A stretch of 64,000 nt of DNA from assembly GCA_946613885.1 (NCBI GenBank), contig CAMOGA010000003.1, forward strand, positions 11,764-75,763, read 5' to 3'. Below, piece after piece: positions 16,486 through 26,687 of the stretch. The stretch comes from an uncultured Pseudomonadota bacterium (lineage in GTDB: Bacteria > Pseudomonadota > Alphaproteobacteria > Rs-D84). Numbering within the stretch: the first letter of the stretch is position 1; the number at the start of each line of letters is the position of its first letter. Both the position numbers and the translations under genes were made by a program. The notes under the pieces were generated by a model. The model worked only from the letters and a program-made list of their open reading frames with translations. It did no database searches and was not told where the DNA came from.

Positions 16486-17631
16486 TTACTTATTCGTCTT
16501 GAACAGATATTCTGTCGCGGCACTAACATATTCTGTATATGCATTGAAATCTTCAATTTCTACACTATTTGTTGGACGAATATTTTTGTGATTTGTAATG
16601 TATTTTCTTAACTCAGCAATGGAAGAAAATCCGATAATACCATCGCCAGATAAAACTGGATTTTCAGATACAGACATAACACATACATTGATATCTACGC
16701 CCTCCAAAGTGTCGGCAAAGCACAATTCATAACGTTTTAACACATTTTGCAAGATGTCAATATCATTAACCAATGTTGCGACAAATAATTGTTCGCCTGT
16801 CCCAACCGCTACAATCGCAGGATATTTTCCATCGATTCGAATTAAATCAATAATTTCATATCCATTATCAGTGAACACATCATACATATTTGAAATACGG
16901 GTATATGTATCTTCGTTAACAGGTGCACGTTCTGATAATTCAAACGTTTTTTCATTTCCTGGTTTCTGTAATACATATTTTGACATGAAATCGCTTAAAT
17001 CTCCGAACAATGTATTTTGGGCAAACTGTAATTGCAACCCCAAAAATCCGACAGCCAAACTGCCACCCAATCCCAACAGTGAACTGGTAAACGCCGTTGC
17101 CATCCCAGATAACGGACCGGCCAACCCCATCTGCATTTCTTGCAAGACAAATTCGTTGTTAAAATCAATATTCATCAACAATTCTGCAAATCCAGCAACC
17201 GTGACAATTAATCCCCAAAATGTTCCCAACAAACCCAAAAATATCAAAGTATTTGTGATATAACGAACGGAATCGCGATCTTCTTCGATTCGAATTGCCA
17301 CCAATTCCAACAATTCGTTTAAATCGGATGTTTTTATTTGGACGTGTCTATTATGTAAAACCAATGAAACAGGGCGCAACAAACGCGGCGAATATCCATT
17401 TCCAACATGCCCGTCAAAATAAGCATGCATCCATTTATATTCTGGCAATAATTTGAAAATATTTACAAAACACAATCCGATTCCAAAAATTGCAGTGCCA
17501 ATAATAATGCCGTTCAAAAATATATTAGTCACAGCAATATTCAAAAATGTCTTCCAAAAAATTAACACAGCCACCAATAAAATCGCCACAAACAATGACA
17601 TTATGTTAAGATTGCGATGAAATCGTTTCAT
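16486..17631 (-). CDS. MotA/ExbB/TolQ-family proton-channel A subunit with an extra C-terminal soluble domain
   Basis: Start at MKRFHRN (GGAGAAG RBS). Four predicted TM helices. LGLLGTFWGL and AFTSSLLGLGGSL match MotA_ExbB signature helices. About 170 aa of unassigned C-terminal sequence. Confidence 0.75.
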   Translation of the reverse strand: MKRFHRNLNIMSLFVAILLVAVLIFWKTFLNIAVTNIFLNGIIIGTAIFGIGLCFVNIFKLLPEYKWMHAYFDGHVGNGYSPRLLRPVSLVLHNRHVQIKTSDLNELLELVAIRIEEDRDSVRYITNTLIFLGLLGTFWGLIVTVAGFAELLMNIDFNNEFVLQEMQMGLAGPLSGMATAFTSSLLGLGGSLAVGFLGLQLQFAQNTLFGDLSDFMSKYVLQKPGNEKTFELSERAPVNEDTYTRISNMYDVFTDNGYEIIDLIRIDGKYPAIVAVGTGEQLFVATLVNDIDILQNVLKRYELCFADTLEGVDINVCVMSVSENPVLSGDGIIGFSSIAELRKYITNHKNIRPTNSVEIEDFNAYTEYVSAATEYLFKTNK

Positions 17632-17800
17632 ACTTCTTCTCCTGTCCATGAAATCATAGTAAATTTTTTTATTCTGTGTCAACATACTTTTTGCATGGGT
17701 ATAATAAAAACACTTGATTTTTTGTAAAAAATCTTCATAATGTTGGATGTTCCTGCTGACGACATGGGGTTGTCGGCTGATATAAACCAAAGGAAATAAA

Positions 17801-18142
17801 ATGGCTTATTATGAAAGTGTCTTGGTTTTTCGCCAAGATTTGACTGAACCGCAGGTCAAAGAAAAAGCGGACAAATTTACACAAATTATCAAAGAATTGG
17901 GTGGTAATGTAAAATCTACCGAATTTTGGGGTTTGCGCAATTTAGCATACGTAATTCGTAAAAATCGCAAAGCACACTATGTTTTGTTGAACATTGAATT
18001 AGACGGTGCACAAATCGCAGAATTAGAACGTCGTTCACGTATTGACGAAGATGTTATTCGTTTCTTGAACGTTCGTGTGGAAAAATTATCTGAAACACCA
18101 TCCGTAATGATGAAGAAAAATACAGAAGAAGAGGTGGCATAA
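17801..18142 (+). CDS. rpsF: 30S ribosomal protein S6
   Basis: [19 protein letters not shown]... typical S6. Followed by rpsR and rplI. Confidence 0.95.
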   Translation: MAYYESVLVFRQDLTEPQVKEKADKFTQIIKELGGNVKSTEFWGLRNLAYVIRKNRKAHYVLLNIELDGAQIAELERRSRIDEDVIRFLNVRVEKLSETPSVMMKKNTEEEVA

Positions 18143-18369
18143 TGGCAGTCCGTGCAGCAATTTATCGTAAAAAATCTAATCCATTAAAAGATAAAGTGAT
18201 TGATTACAAAGATGTAAAATTGTTATCACATTACATCACTGAACGTGGCAAAATTGTTCCATCACGTATTTCTGGGGTATCACAAAAAGATCAACGTGCA
18301 TTGGCTGTGGCTATTAAACGTGCGCGTCATTTGGGATTAATGCCTTTTGTTAGAAACAATTTGGGTTAA
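18142..18369 (+). CDS. rpsR: 30S ribosomal protein S18
   Basis: [55 protein letters not shown] overlap with rpsF. Confidence 0.95.
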   Translation: MAVRAAIYRKKSNPLKDKVIDYKDVKLLSHYITERGKIVPSRISGVSQKDQRALAVAIKRARHLGLMPFVRNNLG

Positions 18370-18401
18370 TCTCTAACTTTACAAAATAAAGGACAGATAA
18401 A

Positions 18402-19001
18402 ATGAAAGTTATTTTAACAGAAAAAATTACTAAATTAGGCAATATCGGCGATGCAGTCGAAGTGAAAACCGGCTATGCACGTAATTATTTGTTGCCAAAT
18501 AACAAAGCAATGCGTTATACACGTGAAAACGTTGCGTTGTTCGAAGCGAAAAAGGCAGAAATCATCGCACGTCATGAAAATGCTAAGAAAAAAGCAGAAT
18601 CTATGGTTGATGCGGTTAAAAATGCTAAATTACACATGATTCGTCAGGCGGGTGATACAGGTCAATTGTACGGTTCTGTGTCTTCTCGTGATATTGCGCG
18701 TATGTTGAAAGAAATTGCAAATGTATCAATCGAATCGGCTCAGGTATTATTGGGTGCACCAATTAAATCTGTCGGTGCGTTCGATACAAAAATCGCTTTA
18801 CATCCAGATGTTGTTGTTGATGTAAAGGTTTATGTTGCACAATCTCAAGACGAAATTGATGCGTTGGTTGCGGGTAAAACTTTGACTTTTGGAACAAAGA
18901 AAGTTGAAGAAGAACCATCGGAAACATCCGAAGAATCTGCGGAAAAACCGGCAGAAGACAAATCGGAAACAACCGAAGAAAACGCGAAAGACGCTAAATA
19001 A
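18402..19001 (+). CDS. rplI: 50S ribosomal protein L9 with acidic C-terminal extension
   Basis: MKVILTEKITKLGNIGDAVEVKTGYARNYLLPNNKA is typical L9. An extra ~45-aa E/S/K-rich tail follows. Confidence 0.93.
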   Translation: MKVILTEKITKLGNIGDAVEVKTGYARNYLLPNNKAMRYTRENVALFEAKKAEIIARHENAKKKAESMVDAVKNAKLHMIRQAGDTGQLYGSVSSRDIARMLKEIANVSIESAQVLLGAPIKSVGAFDTKIALHPDVVVDVKVYVAQSQDEIDALVAGKTLTFGTKKVEEEPSETSEESAEKPAEDKSETTEENAKDAK

Positions 19002-19145
19002 TTTTTATCTTTCATTTATGTTAATTCGTCCCTGTATAGGGACGAATTTTTTTGTAAAAAAATCTGCATCTGCGATTTGGAGAAGGGGTAAAAGCATGAT
19101 ATAATATACAATGTAGAGAGAGAAATATTGTAGGGGGGCGACCTT

Positions 19146-19505
19146 ATGAAAAAAGTATATATGACTTCTGTGCTGGCATTATGCTTGGTGTGTCCTGCGT
19201 TCGCAACAGATCCAACAGGAATCCCGGCTGATAATAACGGACATGCATATAATGATCCGACAAATAACTGTATCGTAGATGTGTTGGGTGTGGATTCTGG
19301 TTCTGCATCATTACAGGCCGATTGGGATCCCAATGAAATTACAATCACGTGGAACGGTAATAACGGAACCGCGGCCGGTGGGGGGACTTATGCACCCGCG
19401 AATACAACGTGTTCGTATGATGGGGATGTGACATTACCAACGCCACCAACCAGATTAGGGTACACATTTGCTGGATGGGAAGTTGATAATTCAACAAACA
19501 GTTAA
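19146..19505 (+). CDS. short secreted family-D protein (Listeria/Bacteroides-type repeat only)
   Basis: Signal peptide. ITITWNGNNG...CSYDGDVTLPTPPTRLGYTFAGWEV. Ends right after the repeat and lacks the Cys-rich C-terminal parts of paralogs 2138 and 61305. Confidence 0.65.
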   Translation: MKKVYMTSVLALCLVCPAFATDPTGIPADNNGHAYNDPTNNCIVDVLGVDSGSASLQADWDPNEITITWNGNNGTAAGGGTYAPANTTCSYDGDVTLPTPPTRLGYTFAGWEVDNSTNS

Positions 19506-19523
19506 TATATATTTATATAAAAA

Positions 19524-19552
19524 TAAAAAAACCGCAATTTGCGGTTTTTTTT
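19524..19552. terminator. bidirectional terminator
   Basis: AAAAAAACCGCAATTTGCGGTTTTTTTT between ORF 19146 and secG. Confidence 0.8.
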
Positions 19553-19553
19553 G

Positions 19554-19919
19554 TTATTGTTCGCCACCGGTTTTTAATTTTTCCAATTCGGCTGCAACGT
19601 CAATATTTTCAGCCGGTTCATCTTCGATTTCTTCCGGTTGTGGTGCCAATTCATTATGCAATGCCGATTGATGTGTTCCGCCAACATCTGTTTTTGCAAC
19701 AACCAAAGACAATGCGGCACACAACAAAAAGAATATTGTTGCCAATATCGCGGTCAATCTGGTCAAGAAATTTCCCGCGGCTGAACCTGTTAATACGCCA
19801 CCAAACATTGATGCCGCAGACGAGCCAGACATCCCAGACCCCTCAGATTTTTGCAACAAAATCAAACATGTCATTAACACAGCGACAATGATTAATAAAA
19901 CCAATAATATAGAAAACAT
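19554..19919 (-). CDS. secG: preprotein translocase subunit SecG
   Basis: MFSILLVLLIIVAVLMTCLILLQKSEGSG... two-TM SecG pattern with an acidic C-terminal extension. Confidence 0.85.
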   Translation of the reverse strand: MFSILLVLLIIVAVLMTCLILLQKSEGSGMSGSSAASMFGGVLTGSAAGNFLTRLTAILATIFFLLCAALSLVVAKTDVGGTHQSALHNELAPQPEEIEDEPAENIDVAAELEKLKTGGEQ

Positions 19920-19960
19920 TTTTTTATCCCTTAATTTTTAGTATTATGATTGTAGTGAAT

Positions 19961-20596
19961 TTAACCCTGGATTGCAAGGATTTTTAATAAATTTTCTGCT
20001 GCTGTTAAACTGGCTGCCTTTTTAGACGATCCGACACCGGTTGCAGATTTTCCCAATGCAGACACAACAACCGTAAATTCTGGGTTATGAGATGCCCCAG
20101 TTGGTTCCATATATTCATACACAGGTAATGCACCATTGCCATCTTTTTGAACAAATTCTTGTAATGCTGTTTTTGCGTCTTTGGGTGCAACGATTTCAGA
20201 TTTTGCCATTGGTGTCCATAAATCATAAATAATCGCACGTGCGCTATCAAATCCAGAATCCAGGAAGATTGCGCCTAATATAGCCTCCATCCCATTGGCT
20301 AATACATGATTTATTTTGCCACCTGTCATATGACCATGTCTTAAATCATGTTCCAAATCTAAATCTTTGGCAACGTGCGCTAATGTTTCAGTGGATACCA
20401 AAAATGCATGACGACGTGCCAGATTTCCTTCTGCATCATCAGGATACATTTCATACAACAATTCCGCCACAGATAACCCCAACACACGGTCGCCAATAAA
20501 TTCTAACCTTTCATTATTATGTTTGGCATCAATACCACTTTGTGTTAATGCCAGATTCAATAATTCACGATTTTTAAATTTATATTGTAATTTCAT
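19961..20596 (-). CDS. rnc: ribonuclease III
   Basis: Start at MKLQYKFKN (TAATG overlap with lepB). ERLEFIGDRVLG signature. C-terminal dsRBD. Confidence 0.93.
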   Translation of the reverse strand: MKLQYKFKNRELLNLALTQSGIDAKHNNERLEFIGDRVLGLSVAELLYEMYPDDAEGNLARRHAFLVSTETLAHVAKDLDLEHDLRHGHMTGGKINHVLANGMEAILGAIFLDSGFDSARAIIYDLWTPMAKSEIVAPKDAKTALQEFVQKDGNGALPVYEYMEPTGASHNPEFTVVVSALGKSATGVGSSKKAASLTAAENLLKILAIQG

Positions 20597-21480
20597 TATT
20601 GTTTTTTCCCCATTCCAAATCTGTCCCAACGCATTTTTTTATTCCAATTCCATATTGCCCACATAGGTGCGTAATAATTATGAGAATACCAGATAAACCA
20701 AACGCGTCCCAACACATTATCGCGATTTACATAAGATACCATATCGGTACGGCTGTCTGCACTGTTATCGCGATTGTCGCCCATGAAAAAGAAATGATTT
20801 TCCGGCACAGTGAACAATTCTGTATTATCCAAAGGTGCATTATCAGCCATTTCTATAATATTGTGTTCAACACCATTTGGCAAAATTTCTGTATATTCTG
20901 TTGCGTTAAACACACCGCATTCATATGGAGACATTTTGCATTGGGCATCTGGTTTATATTCGATTGTATAATTAAATGGTGCAGGTTTTCCATCGACCAA
21001 AATCTTGTTTCCGCGAATTGACATATTTTCATGATAATATCCGACCGAGCGTGCAGATTTAGGCAAATTTGCAACAATATATGGACGCGCATCGCGGCGT
21101 TCGACCATTTTACCATTGATATATAAACGGCCAGATTTCATCTGAATTGTATCACCAGGTTGACCGATTAAACGTTTGACATATTCAACCATCCCGCCAG
21201 GTTTGCGAAACACGATTATATCACCAACCTGGGGTTCGTGTGCCGCAAAAAATCGACCGTTCCACAAATTCCATGAACCAAACGGAAAAGAAAAACGGGA
21301 ATAACCGTATGTCCATTTTTGGATAAATATATGATCGCCAACCTGCAACGAAGGTATCATTGAACCAGATGGAATATTATAAGGTTCCATTAACAAACTG
21401 CGAAAAATGATTGCGATTAAGCCACCATAGAATATCGTATCAAACCATTCACGTGCAACACTGCGTTTTTTATCTGGCAT
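20596..21480 (-). CDS. lepB: signal peptidase I
   Basis: SGSMIPSL Ser box, GDNRDNSADSR box. lepB-rnc order. Confidence 0.93.
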   Translation of the reverse strand: MPDKKRSVAREWFDTIFYGGLIAIIFRSLLMEPYNIPSGSMIPSLQVGDHIFIQKWTYGYSRFSFPFGSWNLWNGRFFAAHEPQVGDIIVFRKPGGMVEYVKRLIGQPGDTIQMKSGRLYINGKMVERRDARPYIVANLPKSARSVGYYHENMSIRGNKILVDGKPAPFNYTIEYKPDAQCKMSPYECGVFNATEYTEILPNGVEHNIIEMADNAPLDNTELFTVPENHFFFMGDNRDNSADSRTDMVSYVNRDNVLGRVWFIWYSHNYYAPMWAIWNWNKKMRWDRFGMGKKQ

Positions 21481-21551
21481 AAATAATTCCTTTTGTTACG
21501 AGAAACATTTTATACCTTGAAAAGATTTCTTGCAAGTTTTAATATGTTAAT

Positions 21552-23075
21552 ATGATAAATTTGAATTCGATTATTTTTAATGGGATGGACATTACAAAGA
21601 TTGATGTCCAGGTGCAATTGTCTGCGGGATTTGCAAAGCCAGAATTTAATATCATTGGTTTGGCAGACAGGGCGGTCAAAGAATCTGCAGAACGTATTCG
21701 TAATGCATTATCGGCATTGAATTTATCTTTGCCGTCAAAGAAATTGACTGTTAATTTATCGCCGGCAGATATTGAAAAGACAGGTTCGCATTTTGATTTG
21801 CCAATTTTGTGCGGGATATTATGCGCGATGGAAATTTTACCTGCGGATGAATTATCAAAGTATATAATTGTTGGTGAAATTGGTTTGGATGGCGCGATTG
21901 TAAATACTGGTGGTGTCTTACCAGCCAGTGTTTGGGCGAATAAAAATGGTTTTGGTATAATTTGTCCTGGGGTTCAGGGGGCTGAGGCACGATGGGCTGG
22001 TCACACAAATATTTTGGCACCAAACCATGTATTGGAATTGATAAATCATTTTCGTGGAACCCAGATTTTACCATTACCACAAATGGCACAGATTACAGAA
22101 CAACATGAAAAAATTGGTGATTTAGCCGAAGTTCATGGTCAGGCTGCTGCAAAACGTGCATTGGAAATTGCGGCGGCGGGTGGACATGCAATGTTAATGG
22201 TTGGACCGCCAGGGGCTGGTAAAACTATGTTGGCATCACGTTTACCAACGATTATGCCAGAAATGACACCGAACGAAATTCTGGAAACATCGATAATTTA
22301 TTCAATTGCCGGAAAGTTAGGTGACAAATCTTTGATTTCAAATCGTCCGTTTCGTGCGATTCATCATACAGCCAGCGCGGTATCACTGGCTGGGGGTGGG
22401 GCGGATGCACGTCCTGGGGAAATATCATTGGCACACAATGGGGTTTTATTTTTGGATGAATTACCAGAATTTAATCGTGCGACATTGGAAATATTAAGAC
22501 AGCCGATGGAATCTGGCAAAATTATCATATCGCGCGCAAAGAGAAATGCGACATATCCGGCACATTTTCAGTTAATTGCTGCGATGAATCCGTGTCCATG
22601 TGGTCATTTAGGAAACGCGGCATTATCTTGTTCGCGCGCACCACGTTGTGCCGAAGCGTATCAGAATAAAATATCTGGTCCTTTGTTGGACAGAATAGAT
22701 TTGCATGTGGATGTAGATGCGGTAAATCCATGGGATATGAATAAAAAATCAGATACCCCAACGGAAACCAGTGCGCAAATTCGTGAACGCGTAATTCTTG
22801 CGCGTGAACGTCAAATATCGCGTCAGGGCTACGTTAACGCATTATTAGACGGTGGCGATTTGGATAAATATGTTGTGTTAAATGATGAATTAACAAATTT
22901 TTTGAATACTGCGGCACAAAATATGGGATTATCTGCGCGTGGATATAATCGTATTAAACGCATTGCACGCACAATTGCGGATTTGGCAAACAGGGATGAA
23001 ATCATAATGTCTGATTTGGCAGAGGCACTATCATACCGCCCAATTAATCGGGGCAAATATGGCGTGAGGGGATAA
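21552..23075 (+). CDS. comM: YifB/ComM-family Mg-chelatase-like AAA+ ATPase
   Basis: 507 aa. GPPGAGKTMLA Walker A, LFLDELPEF Walker B, C-terminal ChlI-like region. Confidence 0.9.
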   Translation: MINLNSIIFNGMDITKIDVQVQLSAGFAKPEFNIIGLADRAVKESAERIRNALSALNLSLPSKKLTVNLSPADIEKTGSHFDLPILCGILCAMEILPADELSKYIIVGEIGLDGAIVNTGGVLPASVWANKNGFGIICPGVQGAEARWAGHTNILAPNHVLELINHFRGTQILPLPQMAQITEQHEKIGDLAEVHGQAAAKRALEIAAAGGHAMLMVGPPGAGKTMLASRLPTIMPEMTPNEILETSIIYSIAGKLGDKSLISNRPFRAIHHTASAVSLAGGGADARPGEISLAHNGVLFLDELPEFNRATLEILRQPMESGKIIISRAKRNATYPAHFQLIAAMNPCPCGHLGNAALSCSRAPRCAEAYQNKISGPLLDRIDLHVDVDAVNPWDMNKKSDTPTETSAQIRERVILARERQISRQGYVNALLDGGDLDKYVVLNDELTNFLNTAAQNMGLSARGYNRIKRIARTIADLANRDEIIMSDLAEALSYRPINRGKYGVRG

Positions 23076-23084
23076 TAACAACTA

Positions 23085-25673
23085 TTATTCAGTCATAATA
23101 TCATGGAATACTTTTTTTCTAAATTCCCCATCCGTTCCCATTTTTATCGCACAATCTTGTGCACACACATCTTCACAATTGGCTATTGTCATATCGTCCA
23201 AAAGATTCTGGGAGACACCGTTGCGGGACTGATACAATTCTGAACCACGGCTGTTTTGGAATGCTGTTGCTGTGCAATAACATTTTTTGTCATGACATTG
23301 TGCCAGCCCATATACATAACCATAGTCAAATATTAATGAATATTCATTTTTGTTCAGTTTTACTCCAAATATAGAACACGATTGATAGCGTTTACTTTTT
23401 ACGTTTATGCAACGTGTATCTTCTGGTTTTGATCCATCTATGGGTCTGTATGCCACAGCATAAGAATAATTTTGTGATGTATCAATATCTTTCGGATTGC
23501 TGACATCACCATTTTCATTATCTTTGTTGGTATTTGTCTTTTTTTCTGGTTCTTTTTTAGTAGTATTCGTATTTGTGTTTTCGTTATAATTTGCGTTAAT
23601 TATGTCCGTTTGTGCACAGAAACTACGTCCAGTGTTATCTGTAGATATTTTACGTTCACTGGATGGTGTGCATGATGTATGCGTTGCGATAAAACTATTG
23701 ATTCTATCTAAAAATTCGCATGCATCTTGTTCGTATTCCTGAATGCCATCGCTTAAATTGTGTATATGTCCGTTTTCTTTGCAGGTGTCATAATATCCAC
23801 CCCAGGTATCGCCTGCATCAATATCATTTAATTCTGCATCATCCAACACGTAATAAAAACCACTTGTTTTAACAGCAACCAAACAATCATTAAATAGGCG
23901 GTTGGTATTTTTATCAATGACGATGATTTTCTCTTGTATACCGCTAATGCATTGTTTAATTTTATCGAATTGTTCTTCGTTTTGTGTACCTGTTGCCTCT
24001 GATGGTGCGGGTTGCTCATTACCAGACGATGCAGCGTTATTGGAATCACCATCTTTGGCGGTGGATGCAGAATTTGCACCAGAACCCGATTCACTATCTT
24101 CTTCCGCTTCGGACCCTTCAGGTATATCGGCACGTATTTGTAAACATTTTGTTTTATCGGCACTAGACGTGTATCCATCGATGCAACTAATAATTTCACA
24201 TTTTCCGTTTGAAAAAACAGCTTTTTTAATCAGATTTGCATGTTCGTCTTCGGTTGTATTTTTTGCGTCCTCTGTACAATCGTCACCATCCTTGTAGGAT
24301 TCCTCAGAACTATCCTTGTCCACGCATTTACCATCTTTCAATTCTTTACCTTCTGCGCATTTTTGTTGATTTTTTGATTCCTTGTCTTCTTTTTCTTTTT
24401 TATTCGCATCGGTGTCATTACTGCATTTGCCATCTGTCCATGTGCCACCGTTCTTTTCACAATCTTGCTTTTTCTCTTCTTCTTTTAATGCCTTTTTCGC
24501 CTTTTGTGTTTCCAACGCACGTCCCATTGCACCAGATGCCACCAAACCAACAGCCGTTCCAACCCCAGAACCCAACATTGCCGAAGATGCCGCCGTTTGT
24601 GCACGTGTTTCACGATATGCATTTTCTTTATATGTTGTTGCGTTGATACCAAACCATTCCTGCATACAAACAAAAGTATCACCGGCATAACGTTTACGTG
24701 ATGCGGTCGGTGTTGTTTGATTTTCGCCCGCATAAAAATTCACAGTATAAACACAATCAAATGTGCGTTCATCAAACATCGCCCCCATGGATGTGCATGC
24801 CTTGGCCATCAAATCACGCAATTCATATAAACGTTGTTCATCTTTTTTGATGTCTATTTCGGCACTTTCGCGTAATTTACCAATCACGTTTCCAAAACGT
24901 GATGCCAATCCAGAATCTGATTGTGTGCATTCGCGTGCAATCACAGAACATTTTTGAATTGCCGCGTTTTCTGCCGCACGTCCCAAACATTTTGAATAAG
25001 TTATCCCACATTCGTTAACAATACATGCATTATATTGATTCCCACAATTTATCACATCATTATATGATGCCAATTTTACGTTCATATCACGATCGGCCTT
25101 GATTTCTGTGGTTAATAAACGAAATTCTTCGCCACTGCATTCTGTATCACGACGGCATTTGTTTAATTTATCGCCAAACACAGTATCACCATCCAATGCA
25201 CATTTTGTAAAATCATTACCGCACGTTTTCATCATACATTGGCGCAACATCGCATCACATGAATTTTTTCCAGATTTTAATGAATTTCGTGTGTTCATAG
25301 ATGCCTCAGACGCTTCTAGTGCAGCACGTTGTTTACGTATCATTTCTGCAAAAGAATTATCTGATGTCGCATTTTCCATAACAGATGAAACAACATCGTC
25401 AAACTGACTGGATTTATTTTCAATAATCAATTCTGGTTCGTCTGTTATCTCTGGTTCATTATCAACCACAGTTTCTGTGTTTTGTTGAGAATTTGTCTGT
25501 GTCGTATTTGTGGTTGTATTGGTTGACTGGGTCGTTGTAGATTTGCGTGATGCCGGTGCAGAACGAACCGCCGCACGTGGTGCAGCATCCACATAATCAC
25601 AAATTAAAAACAAAGAACACACCGCCATAATTATAGGCATCGCGATTATAAAAAATTTGTTCTGTTTTTTCAT
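23085..25673 (-). CDS. large secreted mosaic Cys-rich protein
   Basis: Signal peptide, T/N/Q-rich region, Cys-rich coiled-coil region, glycine-zipper segment, one DCT..NGKCEIISCIDGY..ADKTKC module (as in ORF 13709), and C-terminal FDYGYVYGLAQC..KCYCTATAF module (as in ORF 2138). Confidence 0.85.
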   Translation of the reverse strand: MKKQNKFFIIAMPIIMAVCSLFLICDYVDAAPRAAVRSAPASRKSTTTQSTNTTTNTTQTNSQQNTETVVDNEPEITDEPELIIENKSSQFDDVVSSVMENATSDNSFAEMIRKQRAALEASEASMNTRNSLKSGKNSCDAMLRQCMMKTCGNDFTKCALDGDTVFGDKLNKCRRDTECSGEEFRLLTTEIKADRDMNVKLASYNDVINCGNQYNACIVNECGITYSKCLGRAAENAAIQKCSVIARECTQSDSGLASRFGNVIGKLRESAEIDIKKDEQRLYELRDLMAKACTSMGAMFDERTFDCVYTVNFYAGENQTTPTASRKRYAGDTFVCMQEWFGINATTYKENAYRETRAQTAASSAMLGSGVGTAVGLVASGAMGRALETQKAKKALKEEEKKQDCEKNGGTWTDGKCSNDTDANKKEKEDKESKNQQKCAEGKELKDGKCVDKDSSEESYKDGDDCTEDAKNTTEDEHANLIKKAVFSNGKCEIISCIDGYTSSADKTKCLQIRADIPEGSEAEEDSESGSGANSASTAKDGDSNNAASSGNEQPAPSEATGTQNEEQFDKIKQCISGIQEKIIVIDKNTNRLFNDCLVAVKTSGFYYVLDDAELNDIDAGDTWGGYYDTCKENGHIHNLSDGIQEYEQDACEFLDRINSFIATHTSCTPSSERKISTDNTGRSFCAQTDIINANYNENTNTNTTKKEPEKKTNTNKDNENGDVSNPKDIDTSQNYSYAVAYRPIDGSKPEDTRCINVKSKRYQSCSIFGVKLNKNEYSLIFDYGYVYGLAQCHDKKCYCTATAFQNSRGSELYQSRNGVSQNLLDDMTIANCEDVCAQDCAIKMGTDGEFRKKVFHDIMTE

Positions 25674-25688
25674 TTGCTTTCTTGTCCG

Positions 25689-26552
25689 TTATTTTAATCG
25701 TGCGCATGCGGTATCATAAAATAAACACAAATTTTCCGCCATAGATTTTTCAACTTCATGACCCGATGCACATTTATTTTTCATATTATTTGCACATACA
25801 CGTTTTACACAATCATTTTTCGCAGCATTATTTTTACAAGAATTTTGTGCCGCAGCCAATTTTTGTTCACGTGCCTTTTGATATGCCGCAACAATTGATT
25901 GTAATAATTTATTTGCATTGGCAAACATTGAATCACGCGTTGATATTAATGATTTACGAATATCTGATAAAAAAGTTTCACACCCCTGAGATTCAATAGA
26001 GCACTGTGAAAAATATTTATCGAAATCAGAATCCGATTCGCATTTTTTATAATCACTGTTGCAATGTTTGTCATTAACAATACATGCGTTTATTTCTTCG
26101 GAACAAGAACTTTGTGATTTTGTTTTTGTTAACTTTTTCGACAAATTAGCAAACTCAGCAGAAATTCCAGCCGCCTTGCATGATTGTTCAATTAACGAAT
26201 CGTAATTATCTGTGACATCATCTGTTGTACAATCTTTTAATTTTTCCAAACATAATCTGGTTGCCCAAACGTATCTTTCGCCAGGATCTTTTGGGGCCTT
26301 TTTTAATTCCTTGTCTGAAATGTTATATTTCGCAGACGCACCCGCCGATACAGATTTCATTGCCGTCGATTTTGCCGGTTCACCCGCAGACGATGAACCA
26401 CAATATTGACAACGTGCCGCCGGATTTGAACCAATATTTATCGCACACGCAGAATCCAAACAACGTGTTAAATTTTGCTTTGAACACGCACCATACACAA
26501 ATGTTGGCGCAAATAACATAAACACGGAAAAAATCAATATATGATGTTTCAT
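25689..26552 (-). CDS. secreted Cys-rich protein (related to the N-terminal Cys-rich region of 23085)
   Basis: Signal peptide. About 30 Cys in CxxxC/CxxxxxC spacing with coiled-coil stretches. Confidence 0.8.
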   Translation of the reverse strand: MKHHILIFSVFMLFAPTFVYGACSKQNLTRCLDSACAINIGSNPAARCQYCGSSSAGEPAKSTAMKSVSAGASAKYNISDKELKKAPKDPGERYVWATRLCLEKLKDCTTDDVTDNYDSLIEQSCKAAGISAEFANLSKKLTKTKSQSSCSEEINACIVNDKHCNSDYKKCESDSDFDKYFSQCSIESQGCETFLSDIRKSLISTRDSMFANANKLLQSIVAAYQKAREQKLAAAQNSCKNNAAKNDCVKRVCANNMKNKCASGHEVEKSMAENLCLFYDTACARLK

Positions 26553-26687
26553 TTCCCTCTTGCGAAAAATATTATATCAAAAATAGTATATTAAATCAAA
26601 GAAAAAAATACCTAGAACAATATAGTAAAAATTCTGGACATGGTATCTTTTTTTGTGTTAAACTTTAATCACAGAGAGAATATTCTA

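Noticed and set aside
15371-17631. Annotating the MotA/MotB-like pair as a Zorya defence system
   Set aside because: Only the two stator-like genes are present. No ZorC/ZorD (or ZorE/F/G) candidates flank them (the neighbours are a terminator and rpsF). The coiled coil is on the B rather than the A subunit.
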